Source: Coleofasciculus sp. B1-GNL1-01 (lineage in GTDB: Bacteria; Cyanobacteriota; Cyanobacteriia; Cyanobacteriales; Coleofasciculaceae). Taken from it: a DNA stretch of 64,000 bases. Below are positions 1-10,175 of this stretch, one piece after another. Positions within the stretch are counted from its first letter, which is position 1; every line of letters starts with the position of its first letter. The position numbers and the translations under genes were made by a program. The DNA is taken from assembly GCA_040220235.1 (NCBI GenBank), contig JAVJTO010000112.1; one strand, given 5' to 3'. The notes under the pieces are model-generated. The model was given only the letters and a program-made list of their open reading frames with translations. It made no database searches and had not been told where the DNA came from.

Positions 1-141
1 ATATCTGCGTTATTCTCGGTTTTTAGGGCAATTTGTAATTTTTCTTTCTGCTCTGGTTTTAAATAATTTTTGGCTGGCATATTTTTTCGTTTTTCGGATT
101 TTCTATTTTGATTATACCCTATTTAAATGCCGAACAGCTTA
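1..141 (-). mobile_element. IS630-family element end with 5' part of its transposase (CDS begins at 80 on minus strand and runs off the window)
   Basis: Minus strand from 80 reads MPAKNYLKPEQKEKLQIALKTENNAD, like cyanobacterial IS630 transposase N-termini. Terminal repeat AGCTGTTCGGCATTTAAAT (139-121) abuts TA (140-141); a related end lies at 5536-5556. Confidence 0.75.
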
Positions 142-2082
142 CAGCTAACCGCCGGGAATCAGATTAGCACTGATGACGTATCTGGCAATGTAGTGAATCT
201 TTTTGCCAATAATGACATTGATATCGCTAACGTTACCTCAACGAATGGGACTATTACTGTTACGAGTCAAATAGGTGCAGTGGAAAGCGGTGACTTAATC
301 GCGACGGGAGAAACTGATGGTGGAGACGTTACCATTACAGCACGCGATCGCATCATTACTGGAAAAATAGATACCAGTTCTCTATCAGGTAATGGCGGAA
401 ATGTCAACCTCGACCCAGAAAATGAGATTGAAGTAGTATCGATTAACGCTCAAGGCGGTACAGATGGTACAGGTGGAACCGTTGATATTACGACAGAACA
501 ATTCTTCCGCGCCACTGGCACATTTACAGACCAAAATGGTATAACTGCCAGCATTTCAACGGCGGGTGGCGCTGGCGACGGATCAATAACGATTCGCCAT
601 GATGGTGGAGCCAGAGAAACATTTTTCTATGTTGGAGATGCGCTAATAAACGGCACGGCTGGAACCCTTACCACAGGTTCAGACAACTCAATTTTCTCTC
701 TAAGAGTTTTTCCGGGTTCCTATACCCAAGGCGCTATTTCGATTATCACCTCTCAAGACTTCGCCCAATTCTTACAAGAACTATTACCAGACGCTGATCC
801 CCCCTCATCCTTAACAGTTACACTTGAAAACAGAGGTTTCCCCTTAGAAGAATTATTTACCCGTGAATTTGAGAAATATCTAGGAATCTTCAATCCTTCG
901 GTTAACACACTAGGTCAAATTCGGATAACCTTGAGCAATATTGAGTCAGCCACAGGTCAAAAACCCGCCCTGGTTTATACGGTCTTTTACCCCACCCGAA
1001 TTACGCCAAACTCCGGTTCTTTAACTAATCCCATACCCCAAGATAATGACCTACTCCAACTGGTTGTAGTTACACCCACTGGGGAACCGATTTTTATGCC
1101 CATTCCCGGCGCAACTCGCGCTACTGTTCTGGCACAAGCCCAGAAATTACGCCGTGCGATTACTAATCCAATTACCCGCAATACTGATAGTTATTTAGCC
1201 CCAGCCCAACAACTCTATCAGTGGATAATTGCCCCAATTGAAGACGAGTTACAAACCCAAGGAATTCAGAATCTCAGCTTTATTATGGATGGAGGATTGC
1301 GTTCCATTCCCTTGCTGGCTCTCCACGATGGCGAACAATTCCTGATTGAAAAATACAGTGCAGGTTTAATGCCCAGTATCAGCTTAACCGATACTCGCTA
1401 TCGTGATATTAATGACTTCCAAGTTTTAGCAATGGGAGCCTCTGAATTTACCGACGCCAACCCCTTAAAAGCTGTCCCGGTAGAATTAGCCGCGATTACC
1501 CAAGAACTATGGCAAGGAGAATCCTTTCTTAACCAAGAGTTTACCCTGGAAAACCTAAAAACCCAACGTCAATTACAACCCTTTGGGATTGTCCACTTAG
1601 CCACTCATGGCGAATTTAAATCGGGACGCCCGGAAAACTCTTATATTCAGTTATGGGATACTAAACTACGCCTTGATCAACTGCGTGAGTTAAAGTTGTA
1701 TGAACCCACAGTAGAATTATTAGTCCTAAGTGCTTGTCGCACCGCCGTGGGGGATGAAGAAGCCGAATTAGGCTTTGCCGGGTTAGCGGTACAAGCCGGG
1801 GTGAAATCGGCGCTGGGAAGTCTCTGGTATGTCAGCGATGAAGCCACATTGGGATTAATGACCGAATTTTACCGTCAGTTAGAGACAGCGCCGATTAAAT
1901 CCGAAGCGCTGCGACAAGCGCAACTGGCGATGATTCGGGGAGAGGTGCGGTTAGAAGATGGGAAATTATTGGGGAGTGGGGAGAGTATTACGCTACCGCC
2001 AGAATTAGCAGAGATTGGGGATAAAGACTTATCTCATCCCTATTTTTGGTCAGCGTTTACGATGATTGGTAGTCCATGGTAG
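127..2082 (+). CDS. CHAT-domain (caspase-like) protein with haemagglutinin-like beta-repeats, 5'-truncated by the IS630 insertion
   Basis: Gly/Thr/Asn-rich repeats, then HLATHG, VLSACRTA, SLWYVSD and HPYFWSAF CHAT motifs. The start codon lies inside the IS end. Confidence 0.9.
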   Translation: MPNSLQLTAGNQISTDDVSGNVVNLFANNDIDIANVTSTNGTITVTSQIGAVESGDLIATGETDGGDVTITARDRIITGKIDTSSLSGNGGNVNLDPENEIEVVSINAQGGTDGTGGTVDITTEQFFRATGTFTDQNGITASISTAGGAGDGSITIRHDGGARETFFYVGDALINGTAGTLTTGSDNSIFSLRVFPGSYTQGAISIITSQDFAQFLQELLPDADPPSSLTVTLENRGFPLEELFTREFEKYLGIFNPSVNTLGQIRITLSNIESATGQKPALVYTVFYPTRITPNSGSLTNPIPQDNDLLQLVVVTPTGEPIFMPIPGATRATVLAQAQKLRRAITNPITRNTDSYLAPAQQLYQWIIAPIEDELQTQGIQNLSFIMDGGLRSIPLLALHDGEQFLIEKYSAGLMPSISLTDTRYRDINDFQVLAMGASEFTDANPLKAVPVELAAITQELWQGESFLNQEFTLENLKTQRQLQPFGIVHLATHGEFKSGRPENSYIQLWDTKLRLDQLRELKLYEPTVELLVLSACRTAVGDEEAELGFAGLAVQAGVKSALGSLWYVSDEATLGLMTEFYRQLETAPIKSEALRQAQLAMIRGEVRLEDGKLLGSGESITLPPELAEIGDKDLSHPYFWSAFTMIGSPW

Positions 2083-2320
2083 ACATCTTTCGGGTGAGCG
2101 AATTGGCAACACCTCAACCAAAAGCGCGATCGCAAGCCAAAATTTTCGGGTTCCCCAGCTCGCCATAGTTCCACTGGAGGAGTCTCTACTACTGCAGCGC
2201 GGCAGAAATAACTGACCAGTTAACAAGCTCCCTGAAAGCAGCTACCTTATGTTCCTTATAGCCTTCTGCCCGGTTGGTGAGCCTGTCGAACCACTGCCTT
2301 CGGACTTCTGCCTTCTTGTA

Positions 2321-3172
2321 CTACTCTCTCCTCTGCGACTGCTTCAATGCGGCTTTCGCTTGCTGCCAAAGCTGTTCTAATTCATCCAGGCTATACTCAG
2401 ACAACGAGCGAGTCGCGATCGCTTCCATACCCGACAGACGCTGGATAAACCGTTGGTTGGTGTCTTGCAGCGCTGTGGCTGGGTCAAGATCATACCAACG
2501 GGCGACATTAATTAGTGTAAACAATAAGTCACCCAGTTCTGCCTGCTGCTCCTCTTTCCCTTCCTGGGCAATTGCCTGATGGAATTCCGCTAATTCTTCG
2601 GCGAATTTTGCCCAAACCCCATCCACATCATTCCATTCAAATCCAGCAGCGGCGGCTTTCTGAGACATTTTCATCCCTGCCATTAAGGGGGGGAGTTTCC
2701 GGGCGTATCCCTGGAGTTTGCGACTCAACCGTTGTGCCTCGGCTGGGGTTTCTCCTTTTTCGGCAGCTTTGATTTGCTCCCAATTGTAATGGACTTCTTC
2801 GGCGTCTTGCACATTGACATCACCAAAGACGTGAGGATGACGACGGATTAGTTTTTCGGTAATTCCATCCGCCACTTCTTTTAGGGTAAAGTGACCGACT
2901 TCGGCGGCTATTTGGGCTTGTAATACCACTTGAAGCAGTAAATCGCCCAATTCTTCGGCAATGGCTTGGGGATTGCCACAGCGAATCGCATCTACCACTT
3001 CATAAGCTTCTTCAATCACATAAGGCGTTAACGTCTCCGGCGTTTGGGCAAGATCCCAAGGACAACCCCCATCAGGCGATCGCAACTGGGCAACCACATC
3101 GATTAGCTGTTGTAGGGCAGCTAATACCGAGGCTTGAGGGGAGGTTTGGGCAGCGTCTGGGGAATTGGACAT
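2321..3172 (-). CDS. mazG: Nucleoside triphosphate pyrophosphohydrolase MazG
   Basis: LRSPDGGCPWD, EEAYEVVDAI, EELGDLLLQV, KLIRRHPHVFG; second MazG domain ELGDLLF. Confidence 0.95.
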   Translation of the reverse strand: MSNSPDAAQTSPQASVLAALQQLIDVVAQLRSPDGGCPWDLAQTPETLTPYVIEEAYEVVDAIRCGNPQAIAEELGDLLLQVVLQAQIAAEVGHFTLKEVADGITEKLIRRHPHVFGDVNVQDAEEVHYNWEQIKAAEKGETPAEAQRLSRKLQGYARKLPPLMAGMKMSQKAAAAGFEWNDVDGVWAKFAEELAEFHQAIAQEGKEEQQAELGDLLFTLINVARWYDLDPATALQDTNQRFIQRLSGMEAIATRSLSEYSLDELEQLWQQAKAALKQSQRRE

Positions 3173-3335
3173 CAGGAGCTATTCAACAACCACTTAACTA
3201 TTCTTAACGAGATTGTCGATTTGTGCCAATCGATGAGGATGTCGGGTGTCGGGGTGAGTGGATGGATGTTTCGAGGATGCAGAAATCTCGGTTAAGCTGA
3301 AGGGAAAATCTGCCCAGCCGTTTCATCGGGTAATT

Positions 3336-3695
3336 ATGAATCTAACTATTTTTGATCAAAAACTCCGCATCGAACTGGAATGGTATGAGCAACTTTGGGC
3401 GTTTACCTTGGATAAACTGTGGGAAATTCCTCTCAACCATATTATCAGTGTTACCACCGATGAACCTCCAAGCAGTTGGACAGAAATTCGCGCCCCCGGT
3501 ACAGCGTTACCGGGAGTAATTAAGGCGGGAACCTACTATAGTTCTAGGGGAAAAGAATTTTGGTATGTGACTCGCGATCGCAATTATTTGGTACTAGCAC
3601 TACAAGATGAACCCTACCAGAAAATTGTCCTAACGTTAGACCAAAATGATTTTTGGGCAGAACGCATTCAGCAAGCCCAAGCGTCATCGATTTAA
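3336..3695 (+). CDS. Conserved hypothetical protein
   Basis: ORF with IRAPGTALPGVIKAGTY motif; ATG at 3336 preferred over the upstream GTG. Confidence 0.7.
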   Translation: MNLTIFDQKLRIELEWYEQLWAFTLDKLWEIPLNHIISVTTDEPPSSWTEIRAPGTALPGVIKAGTYYSSRGKEFWYVTRDRNYLVLALQDEPYQKIVLTLDQNDFWAERIQQAQASSI

Positions 3696-3724
3696 GGCTG
3701 GGTTAATTGACGGTATAGCTAAGG

Positions 3725-4609
3725 TTAAATATCTTGAGCAGACACTTGACAACCCAAACACTGCGATAAATTAGGGAGATTGTTTACAGGTTCAAAATCT
3801 TCAATTGAGTTACCCCCCAATGTCAGAAGTTCCAATTGAGTTAAGTTGGCTAAAGGACTCACATTGACAATGGTATTATTATCCAAATACAGCCAAGTCA
3901 AATTTGTTAATTCTGCCAGAGGCGTTATGTCTAGAATTTGATTCTCTTTCAACGCTAAGATTTCCAGATTAGTGAGTTCAGCCAAGGGTGATATATCAGT
4001 AAGTTGATTCCTGTCTAATTTTAGAGACTTCAAGTTATTAAGTTCTGTTAGACTCATTAGATCACGATCACTGATGCGGTTAGCCCTCAAAAATAGCGTA
4101 TCTAAATTTTTTAGTTTGGTCAGCGGCGTTATATCGCTGATTTGGTTATTTCCCAACCCTAAAAACCGTAAATTAGTCAGGGCTGTAAGAGGGGTGACAT
4201 CCTTAACTTGATTATCTCTCAAATACAGCCGTTCCAGATTATTGAGTCCGGCTAGAGGGGTGACATCCTTAATTTGATTTTCTTGTAAAATTAGCTGCTT
4301 CAAATTCGTTAAATTTTCAATCCCATCCAGCCGAGAGATATTTTCCTCTGTTGCACCGAAATCGGTAATTTGAGCCAGGTGTTGACGAGTTAGGGGTTGG
4401 GGTTGAGGAACATCGATCGCACGGCGAATCGCTGCTTCTAGGTTGGGATCGGCAAAGGAAATATTTTCACGAGTTTCTTCTGTAGATTCCTGAACGGGAT
4501 CAGGTGTCAATTGTTCAGAATTAGGGTCTTGGGAGTTACATCCTGTGGCAATCAGGCAAGCACTTAGAATCAGGATAAAACGTTTGAACCGATTGAGAGT
4601 TATCAGCAT
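3725..4609 (-). CDS. Internalin-like leucine-rich-repeat lipoprotein
   Basis: Lipobox IATGC, FADPNLEAAIR cap, 22-aa LRRs (LxxLxLxxNQIxDxxPL). Confidence 0.9.
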   Translation of the reverse strand: MLITLNRFKRFILILSACLIATGCNSQDPNSEQLTPDPVQESTEETRENISFADPNLEAAIRRAIDVPQPQPLTRQHLAQITDFGATEENISRLDGIENLTNLKQLILQENQIKDVTPLAGLNNLERLYLRDNQVKDVTPLTALTNLRFLGLGNNQISDITPLTKLKNLDTLFLRANRISDRDLMSLTELNNLKSLKLDRNQLTDISPLAELTNLEILALKENQILDITPLAELTNLTWLYLDNNTIVNVSPLANLTQLELLTLGGNSIEDFEPVNNLPNLSQCLGCQVSAQDI

Positions 4610-4623
4610 TGATCAACTTAAAC

Positions 4624-5139
4624 TTACTTCTGCGAATACAGCCAGCTTTGATATTCAGGATTACTGTCCTTCATATCTTCATACAGCCATACCATGCGGT
4701 CTAGAAACCACAGCTTTCCGGCATAGATTAGCGCGGCACCAAACAGAGTGATCCAAATGTCAAGTTCAATGACGCCCCAAACCACAAATCCTGTACCAAT
4801 TGCTGCTACTGTAGTGAGGATATTGGGCATCATTTGATGTCGGGCGGGGACGGGGATTTTATCTCGATTCATCCAAACCCGTTCGCCAAAAACGGCTTTA
4901 GATGCCCAATTATCAGTTGTTTCCGGTTGGGTAAATAGGCGTGGGTTTACCCAATTCCAAAGTAATGCCACTGCAACCAAAAGCAAAGACCACCAACCCA
5001 GCCAAATTCGACTCCAGATGGCTAAGATTAGCAAAGGTAAAACCGTGTTGCGCGTCCAGACACTCCAGGGATTAGCATGGCGTGTCCATGTAGCGTCATC
5101 CATCTGAAACAGTTGAGCAATTTTGTTTTCTAAGGTCAT
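4624..5139 (-). CDS. Membrane protein, DUF6653-like
   Basis: WTRHANPWSVWTR, NWASKAVFGERVW and KLWFLDRMV motifs with hydrophobic segments. Confidence 0.7.
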   Translation of the reverse strand: MTLENKIAQLFQMDDATWTRHANPWSVWTRNTVLPLLILAIWSRIWLGWWSLLLVAVALLWNWVNPRLFTQPETTDNWASKAVFGERVWMNRDKIPVPARHQMMPNILTTVAAIGTGFVVWGVIELDIWITLFGAALIYAGKLWFLDRMVWLYEDMKDSNPEYQSWLYSQK

Positions 5140-5185
5140 AGTAGTGATAAAATAGTCAGACAAAGTTAAAGTTAATAGTTGCGAT

Positions 5186-5281
5186 TAGGGAACAGGGAAC
5201 ACCTCGGCTTCGCTCGGCTTACTTCGGCTTCGCTCAGTAACACGCTCGGTGTGTCACAGGGAACAGGGAACAGGGAACAGT
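5186..5281. repeat. STRR (GGGAACA)n interrupted by TTCGGCTTCGCTC-type small dispersed repeats
   Basis: Seen directly; similar heptamer tracts near 28540, 34885 and 40790. Confidence 0.85.
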
Positions 5282-5535
5282 AAGGGTTTGAGGTTTGTTA
5301 ATATTTCTTAGTACAGCCTACAGAATTTATGTCCAGGTACCGAGTTACCAATATCAGTAAAAACATGGACGATTCATTTTTTTATATCTAGGATTTACTG
5401 TAAATTACATCACTCAGTAGGATGATAATCTGAAGTTACCGGGTAAGTCTTGTAGAAGAAGCGCAACCTAAAGTGCTGGCAAGTCCTTGGGATACTATCC
5501 ACGTTTTAACTGAGATAAGCTGTTTTTAACTGAGA

Positions 5536-5716
5536 TAAGCTGTCACGCATTTAAATTGGAATGGGTAGCGAGCAAGATGCAAAGCCTGCGGCATGGCTTC
5601 GCTAAACGCACTACGGCAAGGATTTCGTCTAGATGGCATCACCTTACTCAGGAAAAATGTACCCTAGCTCCCCCAGCTTCCCCAGCCTCCTCAGCTCCCC
5701 TGAACCGAGCCTCAAG
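5536..5716. mobile_element. Composite non-autonomous element: IS630-type end plus a segment shared with 15374-15440
   Basis: TAAGCTGTCACGCATTTAAAT matches the IS end at 121-141; ATGGCATCACCTTRCTCAGGAAAAATGTACCCT followed by (GCTCCCCCA)n occurs at 5633 and 15374. Confidence 0.55.
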
Positions 5717-5717
5717 T

Positions 5718-6275
5718 TTATCGACGTGAGGTTCGCTTACGTTTGGTGGATTTACGGCGCGGCTTTTGCTGGCGACGCTGGTAGCGCTTGTAGGTGGAAC
5801 TCGTCCAATCACTGATGGAGTGGATGATAGCGCCGAGTTCTAAGCCGATAAATAAGGCAATCCAGTGGGCTTGATAATCGAGGAGCGATCGCGTGATGTG
5901 GTGTTTCAACTCTTCCCCAGTCCAGGGTACAGCCTGGAATAAGTATAGAATCACGAATCCGATTCCCGCTAGGGCGATGATCCAACTCCCCAGATAAAGG
6001 ATACGAATTGTCGTCCCCAGGATAAAGCCGTGGGAAAAAATAGAGCGGTGGCGCATTACCTTTTGGTAGGGTAGCCAAATCCAGCGCAGCCACCCCCAGC
6101 GTTTAAAGGGGCGTGAGTAGAGATCTAAGTCGGGACTGAACATGAGTCCACTAAAAAAAAAGCCTCCAGATACGATCAGGGTTAAGTCCCCATTCCTAGT
6201 CATGATGCGGGTTGCAGCGGTTATAAGGGGGAGACTCCATAAGGTAATGCGATCGTGTATTTGACCAGAGGGCAT
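5718..6275 (-). CDS. Metal-binding membrane protein (DUF2227-like)
   Basis: MPSGQIHD, SPDLD, HRSIFSHG and HSISD motifs. Confidence 0.85.
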   Translation of the reverse strand: MPSGQIHDRITLWSLPLITAATRIMTRNGDLTLIVSGGFFFSGLMFSPDLDLYSRPFKRWGWLRWIWLPYQKVMRHRSIFSHGFILGTTIRILYLGSWIIALAGIGFVILYLFQAVPWTGEELKHHITRSLLDYQAHWIALFIGLELGAIIHSISDWTSSTYKRYQRRQQKPRRKSTKRKRTSRR

Positions 6276-6321
6276 ATTTTTGGTAATTTCGTGTTAACCT
6301 AAGTAAGTATGTTACATACAC

Positions 6322-6393
<72 letters not shown>

Positions 6394-6412
6394 TTTTTTT
6401 TGTACAACACTA

Positions 6413-6439
6413 GTAGGGGCTTGGTTACCAAGCCCCTAC
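6413..6439. repeat. GTAG-type REP palindrome
   Basis: GTAGGGGCTTGGTTACCAAGCCCCTAC; near-identical copy near 24647. Confidence 0.85.
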
Positions 6440-6500
6440 TTGATGTGAACCGGGTGTAACGTTTTGATATAATCGCCTAACTTACCCACCCAGTTTTCCC

Positions 6501-7235
6501 ATGTCACAAGCGTGTATTTTAGCTCACTTGAGTCACACATCCTCTGTGCCGAACCTGATTGCCTCTGAACCCACGTTAAGCACGGTTTTAATCGGGATTG
6601 CGATAGCGTTTGGATTCGGTGCGGTTCATGCACTGTCCCCTGGACATGGTAAAACCCTTGTTAGTGCCTATTTTATTGGCTCTCAAGGCACACCACAACA
6701 GGCTGTTTTACTCGGATTAACGATAACCTTTACTCATACGCTGAGTATTTTTCTCTTGGGTGCGATCGCGCTGTTTGCGTCTCAATACGTTTTGCCTGAA
6801 CAATCCTATCCGGTGCTGAGTTTCGTGAGCGGGTTAACGATTGGTATCGTCGGATTGAGCCTGCTGAGGAAGCGGCTGCATTCCGATTCCCATTGCCATT
6901 CACACGCTCATGCACACTCACCCACTAGCCTTTCATCCCTGGTTAAATTAGGGATGGCGGGGGGATTAATTCCTTGTCCTTCTGCATTGGTGATGTTATT
7001 GAGTGCCGTGGCTCTGCACCAAATCAGCTATGGGCTGTTTTTGGTGGGCGGGTTTAGTCTGGGGTTAGCATCAGTGTTAGTTATTTTGGGTGTCGTCGCC
7101 ATTTATGCTCGCCAGTGGCTGGAGCGATTGCCACAAACGGATCAAGTGTTGCAGAAGTTATCTATTTTGAGTGCGATCGTGATCATGGTCATTGGCTTTG
7201 GTATAACTGTTGTTTCAGTCACTACCTCGTTATGA
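6501..7235 (+). CDS. RcnA/NicO-type nickel/cobalt transporter
   Basis: HALSPGHGKT, THT, His-rich loop and GLIPCPSAL motifs. Confidence 0.88.
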   Translation: MSQACILAHLSHTSSVPNLIASEPTLSTVLIGIAIAFGFGAVHALSPGHGKTLVSAYFIGSQGTPQQAVLLGLTITFTHTLSIFLLGAIALFASQYVLPEQSYPVLSFVSGLTIGIVGLSLLRKRLHSDSHCHSHAHAHSPTSLSSLVKLGMAGGLIPCPSALVMLLSAVALHQISYGLFLVGGFSLGLASVLVILGVVAIYARQWLERLPQTDQVLQKLSILSAIVIMVIGFGITVVSVTTSL

Positions 7236-7270
7236 GGCAAAATCAATCACAACCTTTTCAGAGATATCAA

Positions 7271-7747
7271 ATGAAAGTAAAACAGTTCTTTGTTGTCCTA
7301 CTGGTACTTGTCAGTCTTTTGGGCTTTCCTACAGAAGCGTTCGCCCATGGTGTAGAAACAAACTATAACTTAAACATTAAGTCCCTGGAACTTCAATCGC
7401 TGTTCAGCACAGGAGAAGCGTTTAAAGATGCGCCTGTGATTGTCCATCCTCCTGCGGGTTCAGACTATGCGCCGATGGAAGGAAGGACAAACGAACAAGG
7501 GATGTTTGTCTTTGAACCTGACTACTCCGTCAGTGGAGAGTGGGAAGTGGAGATTGGTGAGGATAGTCATTGGGATATGTTAGTGATTCCGGTGAGCGAT
7601 CGCGGCATTGATGTCGAGGCGATCAGCCAGATTCAGGAGGATCATCCTCACCATCATCACTATCTTGCTAGTCAAATTATTGTCGTGGTGCTTGCCATTG
7701 GTTGCGGCATTGGTAGTCAATTTGTCAGCCATAAATTCAAGGGTTAA
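7271..7747 (+). CDS. Exported NikL/CbiL-like metal-transport accessory protein
   Basis: Signal peptide ending AFA-HG, GRTNEQGMFVF, His-rich stretch and C-terminal TM anchor; paralog of 36016..36504. Confidence 0.65.
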   Translation: MKVKQFFVVLLVLVSLLGFPTEAFAHGVETNYNLNIKSLELQSLFSTGEAFKDAPVIVHPPAGSDYAPMEGRTNEQGMFVFEPDYSVSGEWEVEIGEDSHWDMLVIPVSDRGIDVEAISQIQEDHPHHHHYLASQIIVVVLAIGCGIGSQFVSHKFKG

Positions 7748-7820
7748 CCCTGTAGGGGCGCACAGACGTGCGCCCACAGGCAGAAAAACAGGCGATCGCA
7801 ATTTTGAGTTGTGACGAACA

Positions 7821-8396
7821 ATGATTCCAATTATTATCCCACACACCCTAAAAGTTACTCAAGAGCAGTTTGAGGAACTCGCTGCGGCTAATCGCGACGT
7901 GCGACTTGAACGAACAGCGATCGGAGAATTAATTATTATGCCACCCACTGGGGGAATTACCGGAAAACGGAATATTGATATCGCGTTTCAGCTTCAAGCA
8001 TGGAACCGTCAGGCTGGTTTAGGTGTTGCTTTTGATTCTTCGACAGCGTTTCGGCTTCCTAATGGTGCAGATCGTTCTCCGGATGCGTCTTGGGTGAGTC
8101 AAGAACGATGGGATACATTGACGCCAGAACAACAGGAATCATTTCCGCCACTGTGTCCAGATTTCGTGATCGAATTGCGTTCTAAGAGTGACAATATGGA
8201 ACCTTTACGCAAAAAGATGCAGGAATATTTAGACAATGGGGTGCGTTTGGGGTGGTTGATTGATGCGAAGAATAAACGGGTTGAGATTTATAGAAGGAAT
8301 CGGGAGGTTGAGGTTTTAGAGTCACCGAATAGCTTATCAGGCGAAGATATTTTACCTGGATTTGTACTGGATTTACAGGTAGTTTTGGATGGTTAA
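7821..8396 (+). CDS. Uma2-family (DUF820) endonuclease-fold protein
   Basis: RSPDASW, CPDFVIELRS, KMQEYLDNGVRLGWLID. Confidence 0.93.
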   Translation: MIPIIIPHTLKVTQEQFEELAAANRDVRLERTAIGELIIMPPTGGITGKRNIDIAFQLQAWNRQAGLGVAFDSSTAFRLPNGADRSPDASWVSQERWDTLTPEQQESFPPLCPDFVIELRSKSDNMEPLRKKMQEYLDNGVRLGWLIDAKNKRVEIYRRNREVEVLESPNSLSGEDILPGFVLDLQVVLDG

Positions 8397-8661
8397 CAGT
8401 CAGTTCTTTCTATGCCAGCTAAAGATATCTACCATGATACCATTTAAAAGCCCTCATCAACTTAGTGATGAAATAGGAAGAGTTAGAGAGTTGATGAATC
8501 AGGATCAGAATGTTCCAATGTCGTTAGCTGACGGGTGTTTGGTCATGATGAGTGAGTTAATCAAAGGGAGTTGTGTGTTAACCCTAGATAGCGATTTTCG
8601 GGTTTATCGGAAGAATCGGAATCAGATGATTGATTTGATTATTGCTGATGATATAAAGTAA
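8389..8661 (+). pseudogene. C-terminal remnant of a PIN/VapC-type protein
   Basis: MSLADGCLV and VLTLDSDFRVYR are PIN C-terminal motifs; the N-terminal acidic motif is missing. Confidence 0.65.
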
Positions 8662-8823
8662 GATAGATATGGGGTAGAATAAATAGAGTAGTGCGTTATG
8701 GAATTGCAATCAAGAAAGAACAGAACAATTATTCATTTTTTTAGGGTTGAGTTTTATCTAGAATTGTGCTGATAGGTACAATGATTAATAAGTAAAAAAA
8801 ATAACAAATCTAGCTAGGGCATT

Positions 8824-10074
8824 ATGAATGATCCAATCGTACCAAGGCTAAAAATAAAGTCTCGTGGAAATCAAGTAGCAATTGCAGTGGGCAGTTCACT
8901 ATCAGAAGAAATATTTTCTATTCCAAAGCTTGCAGAATATATAGTTAGTCACTTCGCTCTAGATTTTGAAGTCCAGGAGCCAGCTCAATACTTTCAAAGA
9001 TGGAATGATATAGTTAAAAAAGCTGAAGAAAATGTAAATAGAGATTATTTAATCCAACTTGTAAAAGAAAGATTATCCACAGCAGAGCCTTGTCAGGTTC
9101 ACTATAAAATTGCATCACTACCTATCTCAAATTTTATAGACACAACCTTTGACAGGTCTCTATATAAAGCTCTTGTTCAGTTGGGCAAAAATCCAATAAT
9201 TCATGATTGGAACAATCAGACTATTGGAGCATGGAAGCAAACTAACCCAGATCAACCAAATATATTTTTCTCATTCTGCAACCTGAATCAACCTCATCCC
9301 TGGTACGGAATTTATGAACCGATCAGTAAGGATCATCACAATCAAATTCAGTTGATTAACATTGCAGATATGCTTAAAAATAGAGATTTAATTTTAACAG
9401 GATTTACTTCTTATGAAGCAGAATTTGTATTGCATTTAATTTCTCTTATCAGCTCCTGCAATAAGGTAGTTAATTGTATTGCTAATGATAATGGTATTGA
9501 TAATTGTATCTATTGGTGTCGAACAGGAACTTATATTTTCAGGGGAGAAGTTGAACAATTAATTGATAACCTGCTTCCCTACGAAATGAGTGGATATACA
9601 TTTTGGGATCTGACTATACCTAGGAGAAAAATAATGGACATAACTCGTGATAAACAGTATGACTGTTTTATTAGCCATTTCACGGGTGATAAACCTTTTG
9701 CAAGGAGGTTGGCTAAAGATCTTGAATTGCGAGGTCTCTATATCTGGGTTGATGAAAACGAAATTGATGTTGGCGATTCTCTCTCAGATAAAATTCAAGA
9801 TGGCTTGGCAAATTCTTATTCATTCGCGATCATCTTATCTAATGAGTCTATTTCAAGACCTTGGGTTAAAGAAGAACTCAGAGCAGCGTATGCATTACGA
9901 TTAGCAGGAGAATTTAAAATACTGCCAATCCTATACAAAGAATGTGATATTCCTTTACTGTTAAAAGACTACAGGTACGCTGATTTTCGGAGTGAAAATC
10001 GGTATCATGATGAAATTTATACTCTAGAACGCTCTATTAAAAATTCTATGCATAAAGCTAGGAATAAAAAATAG
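8824..10074 (+). CDS. Degenerate SIR2-like domain fused to a C-terminal TIR domain; candidate defence protein
   Basis: TIR: YDCFISH, LYIWVDENEIDVGDSL, WVKEEL, ILPILY. The N-terminal part follows the SIR2_2 pattern (AIAVGSSLS, VHYKIASL, FIDTTFDRSL, LILTGFT). AT-rich. Confidence 0.8.
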   Translation: MNDPIVPRLKIKSRGNQVAIAVGSSLSEEIFSIPKLAEYIVSHFALDFEVQEPAQYFQRWNDIVKKAEENVNRDYLIQLVKERLSTAEPCQVHYKIASLPISNFIDTTFDRSLYKALVQLGKNPIIHDWNNQTIGAWKQTNPDQPNIFFSFCNLNQPHPWYGIYEPISKDHHNQIQLINIADMLKNRDLILTGFTSYEAEFVLHLISLISSCNKVVNCIANDNGIDNCIYWCRTGTYIFRGEVEQLIDNLLPYEMSGYTFWDLTIPRRKIMDITRDKQYDCFISHFTGDKPFARRLAKDLELRGLYIWVDENEIDVGDSLSDKIQDGLANSYSFAIILSNESISRPWVKEELRAAYALRLAGEFKILPILYKECDIPLLLKDYRYADFRSENRYHDEIYTLERSIKNSMHKARNKK

Positions 10075-10175
10075 TTAATCAAATCCTAATTTCAAATATA
10101 CTCAAATCAATCAACAATACTCTTGGAAAATTGTCCAATAAATAGAGAGGATAATTAATTTCAGTAATTTACTCG

